DNA of 64,000 nt, taken from assembly GCF_009914755.1 (NCBI RefSeq), contig NC_060942.1; one strand, given 5' to 3'. A program made the position numbers and the translations under genes. Of this stretch, positions 41,450 to 55,489 are shown piece after piece; position 1 is the first letter of the stretch; every line of letters begins with the position of its first letter. The notes beneath the pieces were generated by a model. The model searched no databases, had not been told where the DNA came from, and saw only the letters and a program-made list of their open reading frames with translations. Origin of the DNA: the human T2T-CHM13v2.0 reference genome, Homo sapiens.

Positions 41450-42406
41450 GACATATTTTCTTGATTTTTCCTATGTTAAGTAAATTTGGATTATATCATG
41501 CACCATTTGAATGCTATATTCTGAAAGTAGAGATAAATTTGACATGAGTAGGAAGAGATTCACATTATTGGGAAGTTAAAAGTTATTTTAAACTATTATT
41601 AATAAATAATTTTTTTTGTATTTTTTGTTTGTTTTTTTTAAAATTTTCTAATTAATGAATAATAATTGTATATATTTTTGTGGTACAAGATAATGCTTCT
41701 ATACAAGTATGGTATACATTATGGAATGAGTAAATCAGATTAACAAGTTAATCAACTAAAAAACTTATTATTTCATTGTGAGAACATTTAAAACCTACTC
41801 TTAGCAGTTTTGAAATACGCAATACATGATTATTATGTACAGCCACCTTGTTGTGTACTATGACTTCTTCCCTTTGTCTAACTGAAACTGGCTCACTGCA
41901 ACCTCTGCCTTCCCTGTTCACGCCATTCTCCTGCCTCAGCCTCCCGAGTAGCTGGGACTACTTTTTTAGATTTCACATATTAATAAGAACAAATGATATT
42001 TATCCTTCTGGGCCTGGATTATTTCACTTAGCATAATGTCCTCTAGATTTATTCTTGTTGTCAGAGAGTACAGAATTTTGTATTTTTTAAAGGTTGAATA
42101 GTATTTAATTATGTATATATACCACTTTTAAAGAAATCTATTCCTCTCTGGATGGACACTTAGATTATTTCCATATCTTGGCTATCGTGAACAATGTTGC
42201 AATGAACATAAGAATGCAGAGGGCTCTTCAACATGCTTATTTCAATGACTTTGGGTATATACCAACAAGTGGTATTGCTGGAACATATAGTAATTCTAGT
42301 TTTTATTTTTCTTTATTTTTTTGTAACCATACTAAAAACGGTTATACAAATCTACATTCCCACCAGTAGTGTACAAAGGCATTCTGCCTTTCAAATTCTT
42401 GTCAAT

Positions 42407-42410
<4 letters not shown>

Positions 42411-42461
<51 letters not shown>

Positions 42462-42860
42462 GTATTATATTAAAAAAAGAAGTCATACAAAAGGCCAAAC
42501 AGATATATGAAGAGATGTTGAACATGGCTAGTCATTGGAATAATGCCACTGGAACCAGAGTGGGATGTCACCTCATGCCTGTTATAATGGTTGTTATCAA
42601 AAAGGTAACATGTATCAAAAAGATAAAATGTATATAATGTATATATACACACATATATATGCATATATACATATATCATATATACATATATCTTATATGT
42701 ATATATACATACATATGCATACATATATACAGATGTGTATATATATCCATACATACATATACATATATCTTATATATACATATATGCATATATATGTGTA
42801 TATAAGTATATACGTATATATACACATGTATGTGTGTACACGTGAGTGTGTGTATATATA
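42411..42860. repeat. (TA)19 plus degenerate (TA/CA/TG)n tract, split by an inserted L1-derived segment
   Basis: Pure (TA)19 at 42411-42448. Degenerate alternating purine-pyrimidine tract at 42630-42860. Confidence 0.95.
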
Positions 42861-42873
42861 TTCACAGAGGGAG

Positions 42874-42980
42874 AGAGAGATAGGGTATCAGTATGTTGAC
42901 CAAGCTGGTGTCAAACTCCTGGCCTCAAGCGATCCTGCCATGTTGGCCTCCCAAAATCATGGGATTACAGGCGCCCAGCC
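42874..42980 (-). mobile_element. Alu left monomer (FLAM/AluJ-like)
   Basis: CAAACTCCTGGCCTCAAGCGATCC...GGGATTACAGGCGCCCAGCC. TSD AATTCTTGTCAATA at 42394-42407 and 42983-42996. Confidence 0.8.
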
Positions 42981-43141
42981 CCAATTCTTGTCAATAGTTT
43001 TTATCTTTTATCTTTTTGATAACAACCATTATAATAGGCATGAGGTGACATCCCACCCTGGTTCCAGTGGCATTATTCCAATGACTAGCCATGTTGAACA
43101 TCTCCTCGTATATGTGTTTGGCCTTTTGTATGCCTTCTTTT

Positions 43142-43969
43142 TCTAATTTTATTTTTGACTGACAAATAATAATTGTACATATCTATGGGATACAGTATGA
43201 TATTGTGATATGTGTTTACAGTGTGAAATGATTAAATCAGACTAATTAACAAATCCATTCCCTCCCATATTTATTATTTTTTTTGGTTAAAAATGTAAAA
43301 TCTAGTCTTTTAGCAATTTAAATGTATTACACTGAGTTACCATTTAGTATAGTCACCATTCTGTGCAATGTGACAACATGAACTGGAGGACATTATGCTG
43401 AGTGAAACAAGTCAGATCAGAATGACAAATGCTTCATGATATCATTTCTATGTGGAATCTCAAAAAGTTGATGTGTTAGTTTGTTTGCACTGTAACAAAG
43501 AAATAATCCAAACTGGGTAATTTATAAAGAAAAGAGGTTTAATTGGTTCATGGTCCTACAGGCTGTGTAGGAAGCATGGCGGCAACATTCTTTCTGGTGA
43601 GTTCTTCAGGAAGCTTACAAAGTGGTGGAAGGCAAAGTGGAAGCTGATGTATCACCTGATGAGAGCAGCAGTGAGAAAGAGGGGAAGGTGTCACACACAT
43701 TTAAAAATCAGATCTCCTGGGAACTCAGAGGAAGAACTCATTCATCATCAAGAGGATGGTGCTAAGCCATTCATGAGGGATCCACCACCATGATCCAGAC
43801 ACCTCACACCAGGCCCCGCCTCCTGCACTGGGATTACATTCCTACATGAGGTTTGGAGAGGAGTGGAGAGTACAATGAGAGTTACCAGAGGCTGGAGGAA
43901 GGGGTTTGATGGGGAAAAGGGAGATGTTGATAAAAGGCTATAAAATTTCAGTTAGACAGGAAAAATAAG
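43142..43969 (-). mobile_element. Short L1MA insertion with 5' inversion, interrupted by an MST LTR (~43473-43862, minus)
   Basis: 43142-43368 is antisense terminal 3'UTR. 43370-43969 is the adjacent upstream L1 region in sense orientation. TSD CTTCTTTT at 43134 and 43970. Confidence 0.7.
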
Positions 43970-43987
43970 CTTCTTTTAAAACATTGT

Positions 43988-44285
<298 letters not shown>

Positions 44286-44509
44286 CCCACTGTTGTTTAT
44301 TTTTTATTTTTAATTGACAAATAAAAATGGTGTAATTTATGGAGGACAATGCTATATTTTTATCTATGTATATATATTGTAGAAAGATCAAATGTAGCTA
44401 ATGCAAGTATAATCTTTGTGAGCCCAGAGACTAAGATGGAGAAGTAAGCTAGGATATCCCCATACAATTATCCTCAGTTAATTCATTTTAAAGTACCCTA
44501 CATAATTTA

Positions 44510-44675
44510 GGTAGGTGTGGTAGCACGTGTCTGTAGTCCCAGCTACTTGCGAATCAGAGGTAGAAGGATCAACTGAGCTCAGGAGTTCGAGGCTGTAGCA
44601 GGCTATGATTGTGCTGCTGCACCACAGCCTGGATGACAGAGTGAGACCTTGTTTCTATATTAAAAAAAAAAAAAT
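44510..44675 (+). mobile_element. Alu right monomer (FRAM/AluJ-like)
   Basis: GTCTGTAGTCCCAGCTACT...GGAGTTCGAGGCTGTAGCAGG...GACAGAGTGAGACC + A tail. Confidence 0.8.
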
Positions 44676-45198
44676 TAAATCTCGTATACACGTGTTATTC
44701 TTAAAATTTGCTTCCATTGTTAAACTTTAAGTTGTAATAAGGAGTGCATTTCTCATTTGTTCACCATTGAATCTATAACTGACTAACTTCTAAGTAAATA
44801 CATTTCGATTCGCTATATTAATTGGGTGTACATATGAGAATGTCGATTGTGACTCTTATAATAGTGTCTTCGGTGTGACTGGGGGAGAATTATATTGGAC
44901 TCAGATAAAAACTTGTACAAGCAGAAGTTGGTAAGTGCAGATAAAACTTTAAAGAGGTTTGGGCATGAAAGAGAAAAGAGAAATAGATTTGTTATAATGG
45001 GAGGATGGGTCTAAGGAGAGTTTGTTTGGAGTCCTGAAAACTTTAATGCATTGGTAGGCTGAACTAACCTTTGTATAAGTGGCCGGTTATTAAAATTCCA
45101 GATTGTGGGTTCATTTGGTAATGCATGGAATCACCTCATCTGAGGCCAATAAAGAAGGCCTCACATAACAGAGTTATGTTAGAAATGGAGCTACTCCT

Positions 45199-46296
<1,098 letters not shown>

Positions 46297-46668
46297 GAAA
46301 TCAAGGTCACTAACATAATCAAATGTCTTATGAGTGACTCTATTGCCTTGATAAGTAAAAGATTTCACAACCCAGCAAAGGTGGGAGTGCAAGGGAGGAG
46401 TTGATGTTTGAGGGGACGGATACAGTATTGTGTCCATCAGTGCGAACCTGGAGATTTCTACTGACTCTTAGGAAATAATGTGCAGGCATAGAAGTTCAAA
46501 TAAGTAGAAGAACAATGTCTGATAGGAGAAATAAAGTAGTTTATGAAGCAGATAAGAATAACATGTTAATGGGAGAATGGATTTGATTTTAGGACGGAGT
46601 AACAACAAGATTTAAGCAGTGAATGGCCCAGGGCAGAATGTTGCATCTTTATAAAACAGGCTGAATTA

Positions 46669-47011
46669 GTGATGAGTTCATGTCCTTTGTAGGGACAAGG
46701 ATGAAGCTGGAAACCATCATTCTCAGCAAACTATCACAAGGACAAAAAACCAAACGCCGCATGTTCTCACTCATAGGTAGGAATTGAACAATGAGAACAC
46801 ATGGACACAGGAAGGGGAACATCACACACTGGGGCCTGTTGTGGGGTGGGGGGAGGGGGGAGGGATAGCATTTGGAGATATACCTAATGTAAATGACGAG
46901 TTAATGGGTGCAGCACACCAACATGGCACATGTATACATATGTAACTAACCTGCACGTTGTGCACATGTACCCTAGAACTTAAAGTATAACAAAAAATAA
47001 TTAAAAAAAAA
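46669..47011 (+). mobile_element. L1PA5-like 5'-truncated insertion (~340 bp)
   Basis: Young L1 3' end with G-tract. Perfect 16-bp TSD AAAACAGGCTGAATTA at 46653-46668 and 47012-47027. Confidence 0.95.
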
Positions 47012-47977
47012 AAAACAGGCTGAATTATAGGGAGCTCTTGAGGAAGATATAAGGACAGGTTGAAGGTGAAAACACTCAAGGAGATTTTTAAAAGGCTGCA
47101 TTATTTTGGTGAACAAATACTTAGTACTGAAATACAAAATGAACAAAATTCAATCGTGTTGAAGTCTAATTTAATTTTATACTTTTTAAGTATCAGGAAC
47201 ATCTGCAAAGAAAGATGTTCCATTCATCTTATTAGTCAAATTAAAGATTTAAATGTTGATCTGAACTTCAAATAAGTACCGTAGCTTTTCTATAGAAGAA
47301 CAACATGTTCTCTGTAAATCTCTAGGAGAGATTTTTAAAAAGTTGTTTATCCTATTCTATTTTATTATGGTTTGGAATCAAGCCACACCAGTAAGTAAAC
47401 TATCTGCAAAATGACTCAATAAGGAATCTGAGAACTTTCTTTTCTGACACCATTTCCACAAGATTTTCCTATGCAATTTGTCCCCTATATCTATAAATAT
47501 CCTCCATCTATAGATGTTAAGGATACTTACTCAGGTTTCCTTTGTTTATTGATTGTGAGCTAATATGCCACTCTGTGCAGAGCACATGTTTGCAAATAGA
47601 ACTTATCTATTTCTTGACATACATTAATAATTTATTGGTATAACTTTTAAAGTATTTCCAAAGGGGAATGCTGACCAGAGGAAATAATATATGTGAGCTA
47701 CTTACTGTGTTTTTTTAAAAACAATCATTTGAGGCTATAAAGATATATAGATACACTTTTTAAATAATCAAAACACATTGTTTATTATAAGATGCATAAC
47801 AAATATAAATTTTTAAATACAACCATAATTATAAAAAAAGAAACAAGCACAAATTTAAAGGGAAGAGTTGCTTTTCTCTTAACATGATAAATATATCATG
47901 CTTTGAAATTATGGAATCTCTTCACTTCCATTAGTATTAGTACAAAACATTTTATAGTTAGAATTTGTCTAATAGAT

Positions 47978-48571
47978 TGCAGGGGAGAAAACATATAATC
48001 CTTCTCAACCCTCTTAAGCTTGTAGTGGAGACCCTCTTCTGAAATAAAGGACAGACTATCAAGAGAAAAATATGCAGGTTTAGTAATATGTGCTATGCCC
48101 ATGATGGGGGAAAAAAGTAACTCTCTCAACTCAGTGGCTTAAGAGCTGTGCTTAAATAGTATTTTAGCAAAGAACAATAAATCTCACCATGGTGAGGAGA
48201 CAAAGGAGTTGGCAGTCTCAGGTTCTTAGACACGGGACACCGTGGGAAGGATGTAAAATCTGCTTCCAGGTTCCCCTGGCCCCACTGGGCCACCTTTGAG
48301 ATGAAAAGGAAGCAGCATTGTCATCTCTATCTGTAGGCCAAAAGTCGGGAAAGCGGGCAGGACAACTTTCTATTTTTGTGAATCGGGCACACAGATGGGA
48401 AGCAGAGAGTTTTCTTGCTTCCTTGCCACAGGAATTTTTATGGCCTGCCCTATGTGAGAAAGGGTAGCTCAGATGGATCCCTTGGTATCTACTGCTTTTT
48501 AACTACACATTCCTCAGAAATATTTATATCATGGAGGCATATTCTCTGGTGAAGTACTCCAGTTTTCTTCA
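47978..48571 (-). mobile_element. ERV1 solo LTR, MER31-like
   Basis: TG...CA termini. TGCAGGGGAGAAAAC...GACAGACTATCAAGAGAAAAA resembles the MER31 reverse complement. TSD AGAT/AAAT. Confidence 0.6.
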
Positions 48572-50012
48572 AAATTCCAGATACCATTGTTTACCCTGTG
48601 GTCCAAATGCTGAGAAATACATCAATTATTACACATATATGTAACAAGGAAAGTAATAGAGTAACTATGCCTTAATTTTTAACCCAACACACCACATTAA
48701 TTTGGCTCTTTTTCACAGAATTCCAGATTTTCCTTTACATAAAAAGTTACTATCGTCTTCCAGAGTTTATTTGGTGGAAAATATGGTTAGGCCTATTGAT
48801 ACATGATCCACATTTGCATGTCTTTCTAATGTACCTATGAACTCTTTAATAAATGGACAATGACATTTCTCCTCTCCAAAATCGCTTGCTAATAAGCAAA
48901 ATTGGATGGTAACTTGCTAACTGTACACCACTGTGTAGAATACCAATGGCAGAAAGACATAGGAATACATTCTGTCTTACTGAAAATTTATGGTGAAAAT
49001 AAAATATTAGAGGATGTACTAACAATATTACTTCAATACCTTTAAAAAAGCAAACTGGGTGATGTCAGTCAATGTGGCAGAGTAAGAAACTCTGAAAATC
49101 ATCCCTTCAAAGATAAAACAGAAAATGACAAAGATTGTCAGAATCAACTTTTCAGAACTCTGGAAACTAATTAAAGCTATGCAGTTATGTATTGACTAAC
49201 CTAGAAGCACTTATTCAAGAAAAGAGCTGGATCTTATTAAGGACAGTGAACTTTGTCACATTTTAATTTGTCTTAGCCCAATCTTTCCATCCCCAGTTCA
49301 GCTGCAGTTTTGAAAAATAACATCCCACATTTCTGGTACCTAGAGTGCAAAATGGAGCTGCTGCTCTTTCAAAGATTCATTTCTTTAAAAATTGTTACTA
49401 TTTAATCTGTTTGGTAGTTTGCTAGACGACCCCCACCTGAATGCTTGCCTTTACTTGACCTGACTCAGAGACCTGCTGGTGCTAAAATTCTCTTCCTAGG
49501 GAGTATTTGCCAAAAACATGTACAGACACGTTTAATGTGGTTGCAGCCTGAAGCAATGAATAAATGTTGGAGCAAACAATTGCTTAATCAAAGAGTTTCA
49601 GAGGAAGGGTTTCCAATGAAGTACACATAAAGACCCTTAAAATATTAAATAGAGATACTTTTCTCCATGGGAGGCACCCTCAAGAAGAATCTGAGAAGGC
49701 GCTAAACATTCTCATCCAGCTGGTTTTGAAATGAAGCCTGAAGCAGAGCCGTAACCTGCCTGCCTCAGTGTCAAAGGTATGTCCCTAGACACACAGAGAG
49801 CCCCTCAGCAAACACTGAAAGACTTATTGATTCCAAGGATTTAATGAAAACTTTGTTCAATTATTATCTGACCAGGAAGTTAACTGAGCAGAGACTTTAG
49901 TGGACACACATGACAATGAATATAGATTATATAGAATTAGTTATAAATAGCCACTAAACAAACAAGCAGCACCTACTGTGACAAGCAGAAACAACAATAA
50001 AGAAGCAGAGGC

Positions 50013-50660
50013 TACAGGACAGTTATCTGGGTGACCTTAGACAGGCCAAGTTCTCCTTTCTTGCTTGTAGTTAAAGTATAACCACAGAATGTGCTGAGAA
50101 TATAACATCTTGAGATAGGGAAGAACTGCCTGAAACAGCTCAGGGCTTGTTCCTCTCTTTGCTGAGGAATGTGACATCTTGAGTTAAGAACTGCTTTGTT
50201 CTTCTCTCCTCTAGAAGCCAAATGTCCTCCACAGCTTTGCCCAGTGGGACACATGGCTCCTGACATACGTAACCCAGGATGGGATGCCTTGTTGGAGTCT
50301 CTCAGATATGGAGCAAAATGGGCCATGTGCAGTCAAGATGCCATCTACCCTGGGCAGCTTGCCTAAGCCTCGAGGGACCTGCCAATGATGGATCTGAGAC
50401 CTCTTCTGTCCCTGGCTGCCTATCTGTAAGTATCAAACTTGCTTTGCATAACATGCTTCATTTTATGTGTGTGTTCTGTCTCACAGGACTCAGACAAATA
50501 GGTAAGCAGTGCAAGGAGGACCTAAACAGTAGTCAAGAATACAGTTGGCATAAGTGCATGGATTCTTGTTCCTGCTGGTTGGCATAATAATGACCTTTGC
50601 TATTCTCCAAACAGTAAGAATCGTCTCTTGAGATTGGTAATTAGTAAACCTGCTTTGCAT
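50013..50660 (+). mobile_element. LTR47-like LTR
   Basis: ACAGGACAGTTATCTGGGTGACCTTAGAC...GAATGTGCTGAGAATATAACATCTTGAGATAGGG, with internal repeat ACATCTTGAG. Confidence 0.55.
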
Positions 50661-51084
50661 GAGCATGGGAATTTGCAGCATTGTCATATAATGTTATTTA
50701 ATGTGAAGTTTTCAACAAAAATTAAGAAATGCAAAGAAACAAAAATTATATGGCCTATAGCCAAGGGGAAAAATCAATAGAAATTGTCCAAGAGCAAACC
50801 TTAACATTAGACTTAAAAGGCAAAAATTTTAAACTAGCAGTTTAAATATGTTCAAAGAGCTCAAGAAAACCATGTATAAAGAACTAATGGAACGCATAGA
50901 ACAATGCCTCAAATACCAGTATCAATAAAGTAAGCTCAGAAAATTTTTAGGGCTATGTAAATACTCCTAATAATACTAGAATGGTAATACCTTTGCCCAG
51001 ACCCATAAAATGTACAGTACCAAGTGTAAACCCCAATGTAAACTATGGATTTTGGTGATAATAATGTGTTGATGTATGTTTATC

Positions 51085-51392
51085 TTTTTTTTTTTTTTTT
51101 TTTTTTTTTGAGACAGAATCTTGCTCTGTCACCCAGGCTGGAGTGTTACGGTACGATCTTGGCTCACTGCAACCTCTGCCTCCCAGGTTCAAGTAATTCT
51201 CCCTGCCTCAGCCTCCTGAATAGCTGAGATTACAGGTGCCTACCACCACAACCGGCTAATTTTTGTATTTTTAGTAGAGACGGGGTTTCAGTATGTTGGC
51301 CAGGCTGGTCTCAAACTCCTGACCTCAGATGATCAGCCCACCTTGGCCTCCCAAAGTGCTGGGATTACAGGTGTGAGCCACCGTGCCTGGCC
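51085..51392 (-). mobile_element. AluSx
   Basis: Poly(T)25 plus full antisense dimer. Confidence 0.93.
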
Positions 51393-52480
51393 AAGTTCAT
51401 CAATTTTAACACACTGGTGGATAATGCTGATGATGGGGTAGGCTGCGCATATATAAAATGGTAGAGAGTATATAGGAAATTTCTGCACCTTCCTCTAAGT
51501 TTTGCTATGAATCTAAAACTACCCTTAAAAGGCATTTTTAAAAAGTGATGGAAATTATTAAAGGATACCAAGTAAACATTCTAAAAATCTAGATTCTTTA
51601 GAATCCATAAAACATCTTTAGAGCTAATAAACCACTTTAGTAAGTTTGAAAGATGCAGTATCAGTAATCAGAAATTGGTTGTATTTCTGTGCAATAGCAA
51701 TAAACAATCCAGTCATAGAAGCAAGAAAGCATTTCCTTCTACAATATCATAAAAATAATCAAATACCTAGTAGTATATTTAATTAGAGAAGTTCAAGACT
51801 TATACATTAGTAACAAAAAAAAGGAAAAAGGAATCAAAATGCTGAAATAAATTACAGACCTAAATGAATGAAAAGACATCCTGTGGTCATGGATTGGAAG
51901 ACTTAATATTGTTGATGGCAGTATTTTATAAAACGTAACTGCAAACCTGCAGAAATCATAACAGAGTGAAACTGGCATGGGGATAGACATATAGATTAAT
52001 TAAATAAAGTTGACTGTCCAGAAACAGACACACAACTTCCATAGTCAATAGATTTTTATAGCTGTGTCAAAACCAAACAATAAGACAGAAATAATTTTTA
52101 ACATATTGTGGTGGGACAACTGGATAGGTACATCCAATAGAATACATTTAGAACCCCATAATAGACTATATAGTAAATATTGACTCAAAATGGACTAAAG
52201 AGCTAAACATAAGTGCTATAAGCTATATGGACTCTTAGAAGAAAGTCTTTGTAAAAATCCTTGTGATCTTTGATTAGCCACATTATTAGACCTGACAGCA
52301 AAAGTTCAAGCAACCAAGGCAGGGAAAATGTAAAATGAATGTCATCACAGCTGAAATTTTTGTGTGTCAAAAATAAACAACAACAACAAAAACAATGGGG
52401 TAAAATATTTAAAAATAGTACGTAAGTGTCTGCTATCTATAAAGTAGAAAGAACACTTACAACTCAGCAATAATTTAAAT

Positions 52481-54827
52481 GTGTCTACCTCTCTAGCAAG
52501 ATTAGGAAAATCTTCCTAAATTATTCCTTCAAATGTTTTCCAGGTTGTTTACTTTTTCTCCTTTTTTCTCAAGAATGCCAATAATTCAAAGATTTGGTTA
52601 CTTTACTTAATCCCATATTTTTCAGAGACTTTGTTCATTTAAAAAAAAAATTCTCTTCCCTTTTTTTGTCTGACAGGCTTAGTCTGAAAGACCAATCTTT
52701 AAGCTCTGAATTCTTTCCTCTGTCAGATCTAGTCTATTGAGAAAGCTTTTGATTGTATTTTAAAAATTCTTAAGTGTGTTTTTTAGTCCCAGTAGCTCTG
52801 CTTGATTTCTTTTTAAGATGTTTACCTCTTCCTTTATTTCTCTGATTGCTTTAGAACTTTCTTTGTGTTGATTTTCAACCTTGTCTTGGATCTTGTTGAG
52901 TTTCCCTGAAATCCATGCTTTGCATTCTCCATCTGTTATCTCTCTGCCTCCATTTTGGCTAAGAACCATGGCTTCACTGCTAGAGTGAAACTTTGGTAGT
53001 GTCACAACATTCAGATTCTTATGATGGCAGAATTCTTTGCTGGTTTCTTCTCATCTGGAGAGGGCTGTGTCGGATAGGGTCTTTTGGCTTTCCTTCTGTA
53101 GTCCTGTGGACTTCTGTCAGCAGGTTTTGTATTGAGCTGGGTGGTCTAACCTGAAGTCCATTAAATTGTATTTGTAGGTAAATGCCAGCTGCCGCACAAT
53201 CAGGTGTGTATGGACCCAATCTTTGTTTACTGTGAGGTGGTCTCTTGTTTCAGGTGAAGGATTGGACAATGGGGTGGCTGGTGCTCTGAGCTTCCTATTC
53301 CTTGAGGCCACTTTCACAGGGGACACAGCTGGACCATGCTGGAGCCCTCGGCTTGCCCATAGATATTTCAGTGCTGAGCACAGGTACTAGCCCTGATGAG
53401 GGTGGCTGAGAGAGGCTCCTGGTGAAGTGCACTGAGGTCTCTGCAGCAGGATTGGGAAGCTGCACTTGTTTCCTATCCTACATAGGCAGGAACACAACCT
53501 GTTTCCCCATCCACCCCTGTTTCAAGCTCATGACTCCTACTTCACATGCACACTGTAGCCTATCTCCAGTCCACAATGTGGTTCAGAGCCACAGGGAACA
53601 CTTATTCTGTGAGAGTCTGTGGGACTGGTTTAAAGGCGTAACCTCATCACTCAACCTGATAAACAAGTGTAGACCTCCAATTATAAAAATCCTAAAAGAA
53701 AACCTAGGAAGTAATATTTTAGACATAAGTCTTGTCAAAGAATTTATGACTATGTCCCCAAAAGCAATTACAACAAAACCAAATATTGACAAGTGGGACC
53801 TCATTAAACTAAAGAGCTTCTGCACAACATAAGAAGCTACAAACAAAGTGGATAGCCTACAGAATGGGGGAAAATATTCACAAATGCATCAGACAAAGGT
53901 CTAATATCTAGAATCTATATGTAAGTTAAAAAATTCAACAAGCAAAAAACAAATAACCAAATTAAACAATGTGCAAAAGGCATGAACAGAAACTTCTCAG
54001 AAGAAGACCTACATGTGGCCAACAAATATATGAAAAAATGTTCAGCCTCACTAATCATTAGACCGATGCAAATAAAAACCACCCAGAGGGAGCATGTGAC
54101 ACCAATCAGACTGGATATGATTAAAAAGTCAAAAAAAAAAAAAAACAGACAATGGCAAGGTTATGAAGAAAAGGGAACACTTATACACTGTTGGTGGGAA
54201 TATAAATTAGCCACTGTGGAAAGCATTTTGGAAATTTCTCAAATAACTTAAAACAGAACTATCATTCAACTTAGCAACCCAAATACTGGGTATATACCCA
54301 AAGGAGTATAGATCTTTATACCAAAAAGACAAAGGCACTCACATGTTTGTTGCAGCACCATTCACAGTAGTAAAAACATAGAATCAACCAAAGTCCTGGT
54401 AGCCTTCAATGATGGACTGGATGAAAAAAATATGGTACAAATACATCATAAAATACCTTGCAGTTATCGCATAGAATGAAATCATGTCCTTTGCAGAAAC
54501 ATGGATGGATATAGCAGGGAGCCATTATCATAAGTGAACTAGTTCAGAAACAGAAAACCAAATACCTCATGTTCTCACTTTTAAGTGTGAGCGAAACATT
54601 GAGTATACAAGGACATAAAGGTGGAAACAACAGGCACAATACAAGAGGGTGGACAGTGAGAGGTGTGAAGTGAAACACTGCCTATCAAGTACTAAGCTCA
54701 CTATCTGTGTGACAAGATCATTTGTGTACCAACCCTCGGTGACACACAATTTACCTGTGTAACAAACCTGCACATGTACTTTCTGAACCTAAAATAAAAT
54801 TTGAATAAAAAATTAAAAATAAATAAG
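52481..54827 (+). mobile_element. L1PA16/PB4-like LINE-1 with inverted 5'UTR/ORF1 segment (52481-~53663) and sense ORF2 3' end
   Basis: Minus ORF 52760-53005 is ORF1 coiled coil (KLNKIQDKVENQHKE...ILKRNQAELL). Plus frame switches to ORF2 (IKILKENLG...[13 protein letters not shown]) at ~53665. Confidence 0.8.
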
Positions 54828-55489
54828 TAATTAAAATATAGCAACTTATTTCAATAGAAATTTCAACAAAGAAGCTATACAATTGGCTAAGAAGCATATG
54901 AAAAGATATTCCACATCATTGCATTAGAAAATACAAATAAAAACCAGAAGAGATATCACTTAATATTCCATGCTGTGGCTATAATCAAAAAGTCAGACAA
55001 AAACAAGTGTTGGCAATTCCTTGGAAAATTGGAACCGTTATAAATTGCCAGTGGTAATTTAAAATGATGCAAATGCTGTGCAAAACAGTTTTACAGTTTA
55101 TTATATGACTCAGCAATTTTACTCCTATCAATACACTCAAGATAATTAAAAACAAACATCCACACAAAATTTGAGCACGAATGCTCATGGAAGCATTATT
55201 TATAAGAAGCATAAAAATTAAAAACAACCAAAATGTCTACCAACTAACAAATGGATACATAATATCTGATATATAATGAAGTATTTCACTTATACAATGG
55301 ACTGTTACTTAGCCATAAAAATATAAAAGGTCCAATATATGCTTCAACATGGTCCAATATATGCTTGAGAACATTATGCTAGGGGAAACAGCCAGACATA
55401 AAAGGCTGTATAATGTATGATTCCATTTATATTAAATGTCCAGAATAGGCAAGTTGGTAGAGAGAATAAGTAGTTTAGATACACGGGCA

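Larger units (their letters stand above)
41610..43141 (-). mobile_element. L1MA 3' region carrying an Alu patch, an Alu monomer, a (TA)n tract and an inverted duplication
   Basis: Antisense L1 3'UTR/ORF2 C-terminal sequence (TTTCACTTAGCATAATGTCCTC; GGACACTTAGATTATTTCCATATCTTGGCTAT). Confidence 0.8.
49060..55470 (+). mobile_element. Fragmented old L1M host element (5'UTR, ORF1, ORF2 and 3' pieces) hosting younger insertions
   Basis: L1-like ORF2 text at 51570-52470 resumes at ~54830 (AATAGAAATTTCAACAAAGAAGCTATACAATTGGC). Confidence 0.6.

Noticed and set aside
42233-43146. 134-aa and 193-aa Tyr/Ile/His-rich ORFs
   Set aside because: These are translations of TA/CA microsatellite plus antisense Alu/L1. 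They are open only because the repeat lacks stops.
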